Positions 44,901 to 54,792 are shown, counted from the first letter of the stretch. The stretch is DNA of 64,000 bases from Clostridia bacterium (GCA_017440585.1 JAFSGW010000028.1:1429-65428); one strand, 5' to 3'. Numbers and translations: made by a program. Notes: generated from the sequence alone by a model not told the origin.

Positions 44901-47900
44901 ATGCTTAAAAAAATACTTACCTTGATATTGACGGGGGCGATAATTATGAGTGCGATTCCGTTTTCCGTTCATGCAGAGGGAAAGCAGGAGAATGTTGTAT
45001 ATGTTTCTCTTGACGGCAGAGAGGATGCTGCGGGCACTTTCGCTGACCCGTTTAATTCCATTGAAAAGGCAAGAGATTATTTAAGAGGAAATGCTACAAA
45101 GGATGCAAGAGGTGTGGTATATATCCGTGAGGGCGTGTATCATATCAACAAAAGCATAGAGTTTACAGGCGAGGATTCTTTTGTAACATATATGGCTTTC
45201 GGTGATGAAGAGGTTGAAATTTCCGGTGTGGCATCACTTAATAAGCACAATTTTAAAAAGCTTGATGCGGTAACGGGAGATAAGTTCTCTTCAAAGTCAA
45301 GAATTAAGGAAGAAATACGTGACAAGGTGTATGTTTATGACCTTGGGAAAGAAAACATACCCGTAGGCGACATTTACAAGAACGGCTTCAACTGGACAAA
45401 GAAGCCTCTTCGCCCTGAGCTGGCACAGAATGGTGAGCTTCTTACCCTTGCACAGTACCCCGATGACGGCTCTTTCTTAGGCACGGGAAACTTGGGTATA
45501 GTAAATAAGGGTGATGAGCCCAGACAGTTTTTCTTTGATAAGACAGACAATGTAAAAACCTACGAGCAGATGCTTAATATGAATGCACCTGTATTTTCGG
45601 TTAACAGTTTGCCTGCAAGTGCAAAGACCTGGGCGGGAGAATATCCTTCCGACAATGCACTTTGTGACAATACAAAGTACGAAACAGACGGCTGGCTGTT
45701 CGGTTATTATGCAAACCATTACGCAAACGATAATGTTAAGATGAACTATGGCAGAACTGTTAACGGAAAGTTTAACATTTACTGCAAGTATCCGTCTGTT
45801 TATTCGGTAAATAACAGCTTAAAGGTTGAAGCTATTAACCTTTTGTGCGAAATGGACACTGAGGGCGAGTATTACATTGACCGCTTCCGCGGTAATAATG
45901 TGCTTTATCTGTACTCTGAGAATGGTAACCTTGAGAACATAACCCTTTCCTCCATGGATGCGCCTCTTGTAACAATAAACAATGCAGAGGGAATTGTTAT
46001 TTCCGGTATAAGCTTTACGGGCACAACAAGCCACGGTATTACCTTGAACGACTGTGAAAGCTGTGTGATTGATAGCTGTGAGCTTTACAACATAAGCATG
46101 GATGCAATAAGAATTGGTAACGACAACGGCATGATTACCTGCGACCCCGAGTATACTACCTACGGCGGCGGACATAACAACACTGTTAAAAACTGCCTTA
46201 TACACGATATGGGTCACGGCGGTGTTTATGTGGCAGGCGGTGAGAGAAAGAGCCTGGAGAGAGGTAACAATAAGGTTTCCCATTGTGAGTTTTATAATTT
46301 CTCACGCTTAGCAACCTATACACCCGCAGTTTACCTTGAGGGCGTAGGAAACACAGCAGAGGACAACTACATTCACGATGCACCTCATATGGTTATTCAG
46401 CTTATGGGTAACGATATGCTTGTTACGAGAAATAAGATTGTAAATACCTGTTACAATGCAAACGACATGGCACCCATTTATACGGGACGTGACTGGTCGT
46501 GGCTGGGTAACGTAATTTCCTATAACTATATTGAGGATGTTCGCTATTCCGATGCTACAAACTTCAACTTTGGTATTTATATGGATGATAATGCCTCCGG
46601 TGTTATTATAAAGAACAATGTTTTCAACAACATAGGCGGTAACGGCGTTTACCTTAACAAGGGCTACGGAAGCTATGTTGCAGACAATATTTTCCTGGAT
46701 TCCACGGGACAGTATTACCGCTATCTGACAGGCGGTAATGAAGGCTGGAAGAGACCCCTGCCCAACGAAAAGGCACTTAAGTACCGTTTTTACGATATGC
46801 TCCGCACAGAGGAAGAGGCTATTGCCTCCGGTGATGAAGGCAAGACAGCAACAAAGGGCTACTGGAACAGCGATGAGAACATTGCCTACTGGGTTGAGCA
46901 TTATAATGAAATTTACAATAAGCTTGACGGAAAAGGCGATTTTGATTTAAGTAAAATGTATTTCCCCAAAGAGGGAGATGCAAGCAGCACTGTATGGCTT
47001 GACGAAAATGCAGTTATTAACCAGAACCACAATACTGTTATGAGAAACATTACCGTTAACACTGCAGATTTGTGGCTCAAGGGCGGTTTGTATAACAACG
47101 TGAATGTGTCGGACAAGGGAAGCTTTGATATAATGAGGCACCGTGCAAGCAGTGTGAAGGCATTGGGAATAAACCTTGAAACGGGTAAAATTGCGGATTC
47201 AAGCACACTTATGAGCGATGCAAACTACGGTGCTGACTGGATTGATGAATGGAATAATAATTACGACATTTCAAAGGCAGGCATGCTTAAGACTGTTGAT
47301 AAGGAAAAGCTCTTTGTGAAGATAAAGGAAGCGGAAAAGCTTGCTCTTCAGAGCGAGGAAATGACAGCTGCGCTTAATATGGCTCACAAGGCGGCAAGTG
47401 ATACAGAGAGCACACAGAAGGCTGTGGATAATGCATATACAGCACTTTTAGAGGAGCTTTCAAAGGTAAGCGAGCAGTATGAGCTTAATATGTATAATGT
47501 GACCATTACACTGGATGAAATGGTTAAGCTTGCTGTTACGGGCGAAAATGCAGAGAACACCTTGTGGTATACAAGCGACGACTCTGTTGCAGTTGTTGAC
47601 AGAAAGGGTAATGTTTACCCCGTCAGCGAAGGCGAATGTAAGATTACAGCTTTGGTTGAGGGCTATGAATTTGTTTGCCGTGTGACAGTTTCCGGCACAT
47701 CGGAGGATAAGGAAATAACTGTTGATACCTCCACCGTTAAGGTTACAAGCCAGGAGAGCAACAACAAGGGCGTGAGTGCCGTGGATGGAAATGCCAACAC
47801 AAGATGGGCAGCGGCACATGTTGACTACAACCCGTATCCTCAGTCCATTGAATTTGACCTTGGTGAGGAATACGATATAGGCAGAATTGATATAAGCTTT

Positions 47901-48578
47901 TACTATTCCGGCACTGCAAAGGACAAGGACCGTGCCTATGAATATGCTATTTACACAAAGGGCGAAGAGGGCGACTGGAGCATACTTGTTGACGAAAGGG
48001 AAAATACTGACAGAACAAGTAATGTGAGCCTTGGAGTTGAGGCTGAAAATAAATCACGCTATGTTAAGCTTGAAGCCTACAGATGCGACAAGGGTGGTCT
48101 GGCAGCGCTTTCCATGTATGAGATAACACTCTGGAAGAGAGGAAATGAAATTTCCTACGAAAAGCTTTACAATGAAGAGCTTGCAGTGATAGATGCCATT
48201 AACTGGGATGAAGCAGATAAGGCACTGAAGGAAGAACTGGAAAGCACCGTTGCTGAAGCAAAAGCAATGGAGGATAAAGAGGCGGCATATAAAGCTTTAA
48301 GAGAGGTAATGCTGAAGGTTAAAGGCAGGGTAGAATACATTGCCTGCTCAGGTGGCGTTGTTTCCTGCTATATCCCCGAAGGAGCAAAGGGACAGCTTGT
48401 GGTGGCATCATATACAGAGGATATGCTTTCCTTTGTAAAAAGCTATCCCGTTGACGTAAAGAAGGGTGAGTTCTTCTCCGAAGCACTTCCCGAAATACCC
48501 TCCGGCACAAGGCTTAAAATTATGCTGTGGGATGATTTTGATAACCTTGAGCCTCATATGGAATATGTAACAAAATAA
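44901..48578 (+). CDS. secreted right-handed parallel beta-helix repeat protein with Big_2 and F5/8 type C domains (putative polysaccharide-degrading enzyme)
   Basis: 1225 aa. Signal peptide ending VHAEG. PbH1-type repeats (ISGISFTGTTSHGITLNDCESCVIDSCELYNISMDAIRIG, NCLIHDMGHGGVYVAGG). Ig-like Big_2 segment. Discoidin-like segment (NANTRWAAAH). Confidence 0.6.
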   Translation: MLKKILTLILTGAIIMSAIPFSVHAEGKQENVVYVSLDGREDAAGTFADPFNSIEKARDYLRGNATKDARGVVYIREGVYHINKSIEFTGEDSFVTYMAFGDEEVEISGVASLNKHNFKKLDAVTGDKFSSKSRIKEEIRDKVYVYDLGKENIPVGDIYKNGFNWTKKPLRPELAQNGELLTLAQYPDDGSFLGTGNLGIVNKGDEPRQFFFDKTDNVKTYEQMLNMNAPVFSVNSLPASAKTWAGEYPSDNALCDNTKYETDGWLFGYYANHYANDNVKMNYGRTVNGKFNIYCKYPSVYSVNNSLKVEAINLLCEMDTEGEYYIDRFRGNNVLYLYSENGNLENITLSSMDAPLVTINNAEGIVISGISFTGTTSHGITLNDCESCVIDSCELYNISMDAIRIGNDNGMITCDPEYTTYGGGHNNTVKNCLIHDMGHGGVYVAGGERKSLERGNNKVSHCEFYNFSRLATYTPAVYLEGVGNTAEDNYIHDAPHMVIQLMGNDMLVTRNKIVNTCYNANDMAPIYTGRDWSWLGNVISYNYIEDVRYSDATNFNFGIYMDDNASGVIIKNNVFNNIGGNGVYLNKGYGSYVADNIFLDSTGQYYRYLTGGNEGWKRPLPNEKALKYRFYDMLRTEEEAIASGDEGKTATKGYWNSDENIAYWVEHYNEIYNKLDGKGDFDLSKMYFPKEGDASSTVWLDENAVINQNHNTVMRNITVNTADLWLKGGLYNNVNVSDKGSFDIMRHRASSVKALGINLETGKIADSSTLMSDANYGADWIDEWNNNYDISKAGMLKTVDKEKLFVKIKEAEKLALQSEEMTAALNMAHKAASDTESTQKAVDNAYTALLEELSKVSEQYELNMYNVTITLDEMVKLAVTGENAENTLWYTSDDSVAVVDRKGNVYPVSEGECKITALVEGYEFVCRVTVSGTSEDKEITVDTSTVKVTSQESNNKGVSAVDGNANTRWAAAHVDYNPYPQSIEFDLGEEYDIGRIDISFYYSGTAKDKDRAYEYAIYTKGEEGDWSILVDERENTDRTSNVSLGVEAENKSRYVKLEAYRCDKGGLAALSMYEITLWKRGNEISYEKLYNEELAVIDAINWDEADKALKEELESTVAEAKAMEDKEAAYKALREVMLKVKGRVEYIACSGGVVSCYIPEGAKGQLVVASYTEDMLSFVKSYPVDVKKGEFFSEALPEIPSGTRLKIMLWDDFDNLEPHMEYVTK

Positions 48579-48585
48579 CACCAAA

Positions 48586-48640
48586 ATAAAAAAAGGGCTT
48601 TCAAGCCCTTTTTTTATTTTGGTGTTGTTATTTAAAAAGA
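48586..48640. terminator. bidirectional rho-independent terminator (long perfect palindrome)
   Basis: ACACCAAAATAAAAAAAGGGCTTTCAAGCCCTTTTTTTATTTTGGTGTTGT. Confidence 0.7.
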
Positions 48641-48677
48641 ATGATGGTATACTGTATTAGTATTGAGGAGGGGTTTT

Positions 48678-49517
48678 ATGAATTTTACGGAATGGTTAAA
48701 GGTAATATTCCTTGGCATTATTGAAGGTATTACGGAATGGCTTCCCATAAGCAGTACAGGACACCTTATTTTAGTGGATGAGTTTTTAAAGTTAAAGCAA
48801 AGTGCTGAATTTATGGAAATGTTCAACGTGGTAATTCAGCTTGGGGCAATACTTGCAGTTGTTGTTTTATACTGGAATAAGCTCTGGCCCTTTTCTATGC
48901 CAAAGGGAGAGGGGAATATAATAAAGAAATGCTGCAGGATGGACAAAATTGTTCTGTGGCTGAAGATTGTGGTGGCGTGCCTGCCTGCAATGATAATAGG
49001 GCTTCCCCTTGACGACTGGATGGATGAGCATTTACATAACGGCATTGTGGTTGCAATTGCACTTATTTTCTACGGTGTTGTGTTCATTTTCATTGAAAAC
49101 TACAACAAAAAGAGAGTGCCTCGTTTAAATAATCTTGAGGAGCTTTCCTTTAAGGATGCACTTTTAATAGGCATTTTTCAGACCTTAAGCTTAATTCCCG
49201 GAACAAGCCGTTCAGGCTCTACAATTATAGGCGGTATTCTCATTGGAACAAGCAGGGAGCTTGCGGCAGAGTTTACCTTCTTTTTGGCAATACCCGTTAT
49301 GTTTGGTGCAAGTGCACTGAAATTATTAAAGTTTGGATTTGGTTTTGAAATGACAGAGCTTGCAGTTCTTCTTGCGGGCATGGTTGTGGCATTTATCGTT
49401 TCAATAATTGCAATTAAGTTTTTGATGGGCTACATTAAAAAGCACGACTTCAAGGCTTTCGGCTGGTACAGAATTGTGCTGGGTATTATAGTTTTGGTAT
49501 ATTTTATATTTAATTAA
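48678..49517 (+). CDS. uppP: undecaprenyl-diphosphate phosphatase
   Basis: RBS GAGGAGGGG before the ATG at 48678. [15 protein letters not shown] and the [10 protein letters not shown] motif of the BacA/UppP family. Confidence 0.85.
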   Translation: MNFTEWLKVIFLGIIEGITEWLPISSTGHLILVDEFLKLKQSAEFMEMFNVVIQLGAILAVVVLYWNKLWPFSMPKGEGNIIKKCCRMDKIVLWLKIVVACLPAMIIGLPLDDWMDEHLHNGIVVAIALIFYGVVFIFIENYNKKRVPRLNNLEELSFKDALLIGIFQTLSLIPGTSRSGSTIIGGILIGTSRELAAEFTFFLAIPVMFGASALKLLKFGFGFEMTELAVLLAGMVVAFIVSIIAIKFLMGYIKKHDFKAFGWYRIVLGIIVLVYFIFN

Positions 49518-49518
49518 A

Positions 49519-49555
49519 AAATCGGCTTCGGGTTATTCCGAAGCCGATTTTTCTA
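49519..49555. terminator. bidirectional terminator
   Basis: AAAAATCGGCTTCGG-GTTATT-CCGAAGCCGATTTTT palindrome. Confidence 0.6.
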
Positions 49556-50417
49556 CTTTAGAATACAAGAGGTTGCCGCCTATAATTAAAACGGCACCGA
49601 AAACTTGCAGCACTGTGGGGATTTCGTTAAAAAGAAACAGTGCAAATATTGTAGAAACAACGGGCTCACACAATTTTGATGCGGACACAAAGGAGGGTGA
49701 AAAATACTTTAAGCACCAACTAAAAATGCTGTGGCCTAAAATTGTGGAGAATACTGCAAGAAGAAAGCCTACAACAACGGGACTTATGCCATAGCCTAAA
49801 AGGCTTGTTTTCTGAAAAGCACACATTATAACAAGAACAATTGCACAGGAAGCATATACTATGTAGGTGTAGATTGTTGTTGATGTGCTTTTGCGGACAT
49901 ATCTTCCGATGAGCATATATACCGCTACGGCAATTGCTGCAAGAAGTGCAAGCAGGTCACCTGCAAGGTGCGTGTAGGAGATGGCATCGGACCAGGCAAT
50001 GAAAAAGCTGCCTGTAAGAGTTATGCCGATACAGAGCATGGCTTTTTTTGAAAGAGTGCCCTTCATGAAAAGGCAATAGCCTAAGGACACCCATATTACC
50101 TCGGTGCAGACAATTGTGGTGGATGAGGCAACGGTTGTGTGAGAGAGAGATTCAAACCATAAAACAAAATGTACGGCAAGAAAGAAGCCCGAGAGAGCAC
50201 AGAGCAGAGCCGTTTTGCCCTTTGTTTGGGAAAGCTCGCTTCTGACAGCTTTTTTTGAAAACACCACCGGGCTCATTAGAACAACTGTCCATAAAAGCCT
50301 GTAGGCAGCGGTGACTGCACTGGGGGCAGAAGAATATTTTACAAAAATAGATGAGAGGGATATTCCGAGAACACCCACAATAATCATAATAATTGGATAT
50401 TTTTCGATGTATTTCAT
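49533..50417 (-). CDS. EamA/DMT family transporter
   Basis: 294 aa. 10 TM. Duplicated EamA domains. Confidence 0.7.
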   Translation of the reverse strand: MKYIEKYPIIMIIVGVLGISLSSIFVKYSSAPSAVTAAYRLLWTVVLMSPVVFSKKAVRSELSQTKGKTALLCALSGFFLAVHFVLWFESLSHTTVASSTTIVCTEVIWVSLGYCLFMKGTLSKKAMLCIGITLTGSFFIAWSDAISYTHLAGDLLALLAAIAVAVYMLIGRYVRKSTSTTIYTYIVYASCAIVLVIMCAFQKTSLLGYGISPVVVGFLLAVFSTILGHSIFSWCLKYFSPSFVSASKLCEPVVSTIFALFLFNEIPTVLQVFGAVLIIGGNLLYSKVEKSASE

Positions 50418-50429
50418 AATGGTTTTCCT

Positions 50430-51608
50430 TTAAAACTTAACGATTTTTTTTGCTGCTTTGCTTACAATTTTATAGATGGGACCTTCCATTTCCTTCTCTG
50501 CGGCTTTGAGCTGATTACGGATATCAATGCCCTGGGGGCAATGGGTTTCACATTTGCCGCAACCTATGCAGTTTGATGCGGAGGTGGAGTTTTTGCGTAA
50601 GGTTGTGCACATTATATATTCCTTCATGGACACAAACCAACCCTCGGTATAACGGCGGTTGTAGGCGGAAAAAATACCCGGTATGTCAACACCCTTGGGG
50701 CAGGGAGTGCAATAGCCACAGCCCGTACAGCCTACCTTCATTTTTGCGTTGATTGCCTTTGCAACCGACTGAAGCATATTATTGTCCTCTTCGGTTAAAT
50801 CTCCTATATTGGCACTTGATGCTGTGTTGATGTTATCAAGGACCATTTCCTCGCTGTTCATGCCTGAGAGCACCACAGTAACCTCCTTCTGGTTCCAGAG
50901 CCAGCGGAAGGACCACTGTGCGGGAGAATACTGCTTTTTGTAGCCTTTAAATATTTTTATTGCTTCCTCGGGAAGGTTATTTACAAGCCTTCCTCCGCGG
51001 AGAGGCTCCATGATAAATACGGGAAGACCTTTTGAGTGGGCATAGGTAAGCCCACGTCTGCCTGCCTGGGTATTTTCGTCCATGTAGTTATACTGAATCA
51101 TGGTAAAGTCCCACTCATAGGCATCGATTATGCGGCAGAACATATCGCTGTTGCCGTGGTAGGAAAAGCCCACCTGACGGATTTGCCCCAGCCTTTTCTT
51201 TTCTTCGATCCATTCAATAATGCCAAGAGCGCAAAGACGGTTCCATGCATCGATGTCTGTTAACATATGCATTAAGTAATAGTCGATATAATCTGTCTTA
51301 AGGCGACGGAGCTCTTCTGTAAAAAGCTTGTCCAGTCCCTCACGGCTTTTTATGAGATAGTGGGGGAGCTTTGTTGCAATGTTAACCTTATCACGGATGT
51401 TGTTTTTCTCAAAAACTTCGCCTAAAAGTGCTTCACTGCCGGGATAGATATAAGCGGTGTCAAAGTAATTTACGCCATTATGGTAGGCGGTGAGTATTTC
51501 CTTTTCGGCTTTAAGGTAATCAATACGCCCCATGTTTGACTTAAAACGCATACAGCCAAAGCCTAAAATGGAGAGGGGGTTGCCGTATTTGTCATTGCGG
51601 TAATTCAT
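50430..51608 (-). CDS. aldo/keto reductase fused to a C-terminal 2x[4Fe-4S] ferredoxin domain
   Basis: RBS AAGGAG lies 8 nt before the ATG at 51608; the track's longer ORF to 51749 lacks an RBS. AKR core (GFGCMRF, IDYYLMH) plus CTGCGYCTPCP and CIGCGKCETHCP clusters. Confidence 0.75.
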   Translation of the reverse strand: MNYRNDKYGNPLSILGFGCMRFKSNMGRIDYLKAEKEILTAYHNGVNYFDTAYIYPGSEALLGEVFEKNNIRDKVNIATKLPHYLIKSREGLDKLFTEELRRLKTDYIDYYLMHMLTDIDAWNRLCALGIIEWIEEKKRLGQIRQVGFSYHGNSDMFCRIIDAYEWDFTMIQYNYMDENTQAGRRGLTYAHSKGLPVFIMEPLRGGRLVNNLPEEAIKIFKGYKKQYSPAQWSFRWLWNQKEVTVVLSGMNSEEMVLDNINTASSANIGDLTEEDNNMLQSVAKAINAKMKVGCTGCGYCTPCPKGVDIPGIFSAYNRRYTEGWFVSMKEYIMCTTLRKNSTSASNCIGCGKCETHCPQGIDIRNQLKAAEKEMEGPIYKIVSKAAKKIVKF

Positions 51609-51775
51609 ATAAACCACTCCTTTTAGTAGAGTATAGCATAAGAAGGCTCGCTTAACAATAAAAAAGTGTTTTAACACTTCAACCCCCTCGTTCCCCCAAT
51701 CTTGGGGGACGAAAAGGTGCACTTTTATTTTACAAGCAAATATGCGCACATTCTGCGCGCAATTTCCTATGTAAT

Positions 51776-51806
51776 AAAAAAAGACGTCATTTGACGTCTT
51801 TTTTTG
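51776..51806. terminator. bidirectional rho-independent terminator
   Basis: AAAAAAAGACGTCATTTGACGTCTTTTTTT. Confidence 0.65.
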
Positions 51807-51814
51807 CTGTTGAT

Positions 51815-53587
51815 TTAGTTTTTCTGCATTTCGGGGAGAGTATACTTTGCAAGGTGTGCTCTGTATTTATCCGTAAAGTGAGGATCCTCACGCTTGAATG
51901 CTCTCATACCTTCATGGAGGCTCATTGTGTTGTGGCTTGTTTCAATAATACAGCCTGCAATGTTGGAGCAGTGGTCAGAAACACGCTCTAAGTTTGTGAG
52001 AAGGTCGGAAAGTACAAAGCCTGTTTCTATACTGCATCTGCCGTTCTGCAAGCGGTAGATGTGTCTTAAGTGCATTTCGTCCTTAAGGTGGTCAATAGCC
52101 TGCTCTAAAGGCTCAACCTGTGCGGCACAATCAATGTCATCTTCGACAAAAGCCTTAAGTGTGAGATTAAGAATCTCATTTACCGCATCGCTTAAAACCT
52201 TGATTTCGCCCTGAGCGGACTGGGAGAACTTAATTTCCTTATTCTTAATTTCCTCTGCAGATTTTACGATATTAATACTGTGGTCGGAGATACGCTCCAG
52301 GTCACCTATAACCTTTAAGAGACGGGCAACACGTGTGCTGTCGGAATCATCGAGGTTGTGGCTTGAAAGCTTAACAAGGAAGTTGCCGATAACGTCCTCG
52401 TAGTGGTCAACTCTGTTTTCTGCTTCAAAGAGCTCTTCAGCCTTTGCATCGGTATAAGCGCCTATCGCACTGATACTTGCTTTTAAAGAGTCAACTGCAC
52501 ACTGTGCCATTTCTTCTGTGTAACGGTAGCAGTGCTCAAGAGCAATAGAGGGTGTTGCAAGAAGTCTTTCATCAAGCTCTGTTGCTTCTTCCTTCACCTT
52601 TGCATCGGGAATAACCTTGCAGGCAAGCTTTTCAAGAAGACCTGCACAGGGGAAGAGGATTGCTGTACAGATTACGTTGAAGAATGTATGTGCAACGGAA
52701 ATACCCATATAACCTGCAGGAAGGGAAAGGAGCGGAATATAGAAGAGTGCTCTTACGACATAAAGAACGATAAGAAGAATTGCCGTGCCTATTACGTTGA
52801 AGGACAGGTGAACCACTGCCACTCTTTTAGCGTTACGGTTAGCACCAACAGAGGAAAGCATAGCAGTCACACATGTACCGATGTTCTGACCCATGATGAT
52901 GGGGAGTGCTGCACCGTAGGTTACGGCACCTGTGGAGCTTAACGCCTGAAGAATACCTACAGATGCGGAGGAAGACTGGATAACTGCTGTTAAAACAGCA
53001 CCTGCGATAACGCCTAAGATGGGCTCGGAGAACATTGTGAGAATGCTTGTGAAGGCTTCGTTGTCACGAAGAGCACTTACTGCATCACTCATTGAATCCA
53101 TACCGAACATAAGCGTTGCAAAGCCTAAAAGAATCATGCCTGTATCCTTGTTTTTACTACCCTTCATGAACATGTAAAGAACAACGCCTAAAAGGGCAAG
53201 CACGGGGGTGAAGGTGGAGGGCTTGAAAAGCTCCAATATAGCTGAGGCACCGTCACCAATGCCGTTAAGGCTCAAAATCCACGCGGTGATGGTTGTACCG
53301 ATGTTGGCACCCATAATAACACCAATGGACTGCTTAAGAGTCATAATGCCTGAGTTAACAAAGCCTACGACCATAACTGTTGTTGCCGAGGAGGACTGAA
53401 TGATTGCAGTTACGCCCATACCCGTTAAAAAGCCCATGAATCTGTTGTCTGTAAGACGGCCTATAAGAGCTGTGAGCTTGTCGCCTGCACGTCTTTCAAG
53501 TGCTTCGCCCATAAGATTCATGCCGAAGAGGAACAAACACAGTCCGCCGATTAAGCCAAGCAGGTCAAAACCTAAAAATTCTGTCAT
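51815..53587 (-). CDS. Na/Pi cotransporter family protein (NptA-like with C-terminal PhoU-like domains)
   Basis: 590 aa. Two Na_Pi_cotrans repeats with GANIGTT motifs. C-terminal helical PhoU-like region. Confidence 0.8.
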   Translation of the reverse strand: MTEFLGFDLLGLIGGLCLFLFGMNLMGEALERRAGDKLTALIGRLTDNRFMGFLTGMGVTAIIQSSSATTVMVVGFVNSGIMTLKQSIGVIMGANIGTTITAWILSLNGIGDGASAILELFKPSTFTPVLALLGVVLYMFMKGSKNKDTGMILLGFATLMFGMDSMSDAVSALRDNEAFTSILTMFSEPILGVIAGAVLTAVIQSSSASVGILQALSSTGAVTYGAALPIIMGQNIGTCVTAMLSSVGANRNAKRVAVVHLSFNVIGTAILLIVLYVVRALFYIPLLSLPAGYMGISVAHTFFNVICTAILFPCAGLLEKLACKVIPDAKVKEEATELDERLLATPSIALEHCYRYTEEMAQCAVDSLKASISAIGAYTDAKAEELFEAENRVDHYEDVIGNFLVKLSSHNLDDSDSTRVARLLKVIGDLERISDHSINIVKSAEEIKNKEIKFSQSAQGEIKVLSDAVNEILNLTLKAFVEDDIDCAAQVEPLEQAIDHLKDEMHLRHIYRLQNGRCSIETGFVLSDLLTNLERVSDHCSNIAGCIIETSHNTMSLHEGMRAFKREDPHFTDKYRAHLAKYTLPEMQKN

Positions 53588-53753
53588 AGCATTTAATCCT
53601 TTCTTGAATACGTTTCTTATTAAATTATTGCCCGATTATTCAACAATAATATGTAAAATAAACCGACTTCAAGAAGCATTGTAGCATAAAAAAGGTAAAG
53701 ATGCGGTAAAGAGTGGGTAAAAAATGAACGATTAATGTTAATTGTATGTAAAT

Positions 53754-53794
53754 AAAAATAACAGCAAGGCATTGAAGCCTTGCTGTTATTTTTT
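53754..53794. repeat. 41-nt palindromic terminator-like hairpin, copy A of a direct repeat
   Basis: AAAAATAACAGCAAGGCATTGAAGCCTTGCTGTTATTTTTT. Copy B at 54271-54311 differs at one loop nucleotide. Confidence 0.6.
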
Positions 53795-53965
53795 GAATAT
53801 CCTGAAACAATAAGGAAAACGGCGGGCTTTTTCCCCGGCTAACACTACGTGCTTGAATTGGCAACATTCTTCGCAAAATTCAAGGTTCCGGGACAGTATA
53901 AAGTCTTTTTCTTTGAAGTTTGTCTCACTGATTTTATTCAAACATTCCATACAGAATTCTGCCAT
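53786..53965 (-). CDS. small Cys-rich (zinc-ribbon-like) protein, about 59 aa
   Basis: MAEFCMECLNK...CEECCQFKH...YCF. Cysteine pattern C-x2-C ... C-x2-CC ... C. The track ORF starts at a TTG at 53992; the ATG at 53965 has GGGAG 8 nt upstream. The 3-prime end is embedded in hairpin copy A. Confidence 0.4.
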   Translation of the reverse strand: MAEFCMECLNKISETNFKEKDFILSRNLEFCEECCQFKHVVLAGEKARRFPYCFRIFKK

Positions 53966-54062
53966 ATTAATCATCTCCCGACTTGGCACCAACGATTGTT
54001 GGTATATTGGCTATTTTAATTCTATATACTTGTCTTGTCAAGAACAATTGTAGGTGATGTTA

Positions 54063-54278
54063 ATGAGAAGAGTTTTAGCGGAAAGATTGAAAGAATGCAG
54101 AAAAGAAAAAGGGTATACACAGCTTCAGGCAGCAATATATTGTGATATCACAGAAAAAACATATCAGAATTATGAGCTTATGACACGTGAGCCTAAGATT
54201 GAAATACTCATAAGAATTGCAGATTTATATGATGTTTCGATTGATTATCTTGTGGGAAGAACAAACACTAAAAAATAA
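54063..54278 (+). CDS. XRE family helix-turn-helix transcriptional regulator
   Basis: Track ORF 54054..54278. AGGTGA RBS favours the ATG at 54063. The LAERLKECRKEKGYTQLQAAIYCDITEKTYQNYE segment is a classic Cro/C1 HTH. The stop is embedded in hairpin copy B. Confidence 0.75.
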   Translation: MRRVLAERLKECRKEKGYTQLQAAIYCDITEKTYQNYELMTREPKIEILIRIADLYDVSIDYLVGRTNTKK

Positions 54279-54311
54279 CAGCAAGGCAATGAAGCCTTGC
54301 TGTTATTTTTT
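54271..54311. repeat. 41-nt palindromic terminator-like hairpin, copy B
   Basis: AAAAATAACAGCAAGGCAATGAAGCCTTGCTGTTATTTTTT. Shared by the convergent XRE gene and msrA. Confidence 0.6.
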
Positions 54312-54792
54312 AGCCAAAGAAGCAACCGCCGATATGGCAATAGCCCTGAGGGTTCTTCTCTAAATATTTCTGATGATATTCCTCTGCAGGATAGAAGTTA
54401 CAAAGAGGCTCGATTTCAACTACAACCTTTTCACTGTTTTTCGCCTGAACGGAAGCTGTTACCTCGTTTATAACAGTGAGCTCTTCTTCGTCTGTATAGT
54501 AAATGCCCGTGCGATAGCTTCTGCCTTCATCCTCGCCCTGCTTGTTGAGGCTTGTAGGGTCAATAACAACGTAATACTTTTCAAGTATTGATTTAAGTGT
54601 GATAACGTTTTCATCGTAGATAACCTCTACTGTTTCGCTGTGGTCACTTACCTGGCTTTTAACGTCCTCATAGGTGGGGTTTGCCGTTTTGCCGTTAGCG
54701 TAGCCAACGGTAGTTTCAATAATGCCCTTGAACTGGTCCATGTATTTCTGCATGCCCCAGAAGCAGCCGCCTGCAAGATATATTTTTTTCAT
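54310..54792 (-). CDS. msrA: peptide-methionine (S)-S-oxide reductase
   Basis: 160 aa. Active-site GCFWG near the N-terminus. C-terminal Cys-containing tail. Confidence 0.9.
   Translation of the reverse strand: MKKIYLAGGCFWGMQKYMDQFKGIIETTVGYANGKTANPTYEDVKSQVSDHSETVEVIYDENVITLKSILEKYYVVIDPTSLNKQGEDEGRSYRTGIYYTDEEELTVINEVTASVQAKNSEKVVVEIEPLCNFYPAEEYHQKYLEKNPQGYCHIGGCFFG

Noticed and set aside
51609-51749. 47-codon N-terminal extension of the aldo/keto reductase.
   Set aside because: No RBS. The internal ATG at 51608 has AAGGAG 8 nt upstream and the MNYRNDKYG start typical of the family. The promoter lies inside the extension.
53588-53785. Possible small RNA or riboswitch in the 200-bp leader of the Na/Pi cotransporter gene.
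   Set aside because: AT-rich with promoter-like elements only. I could not identify a conserved aptamer-like structure.
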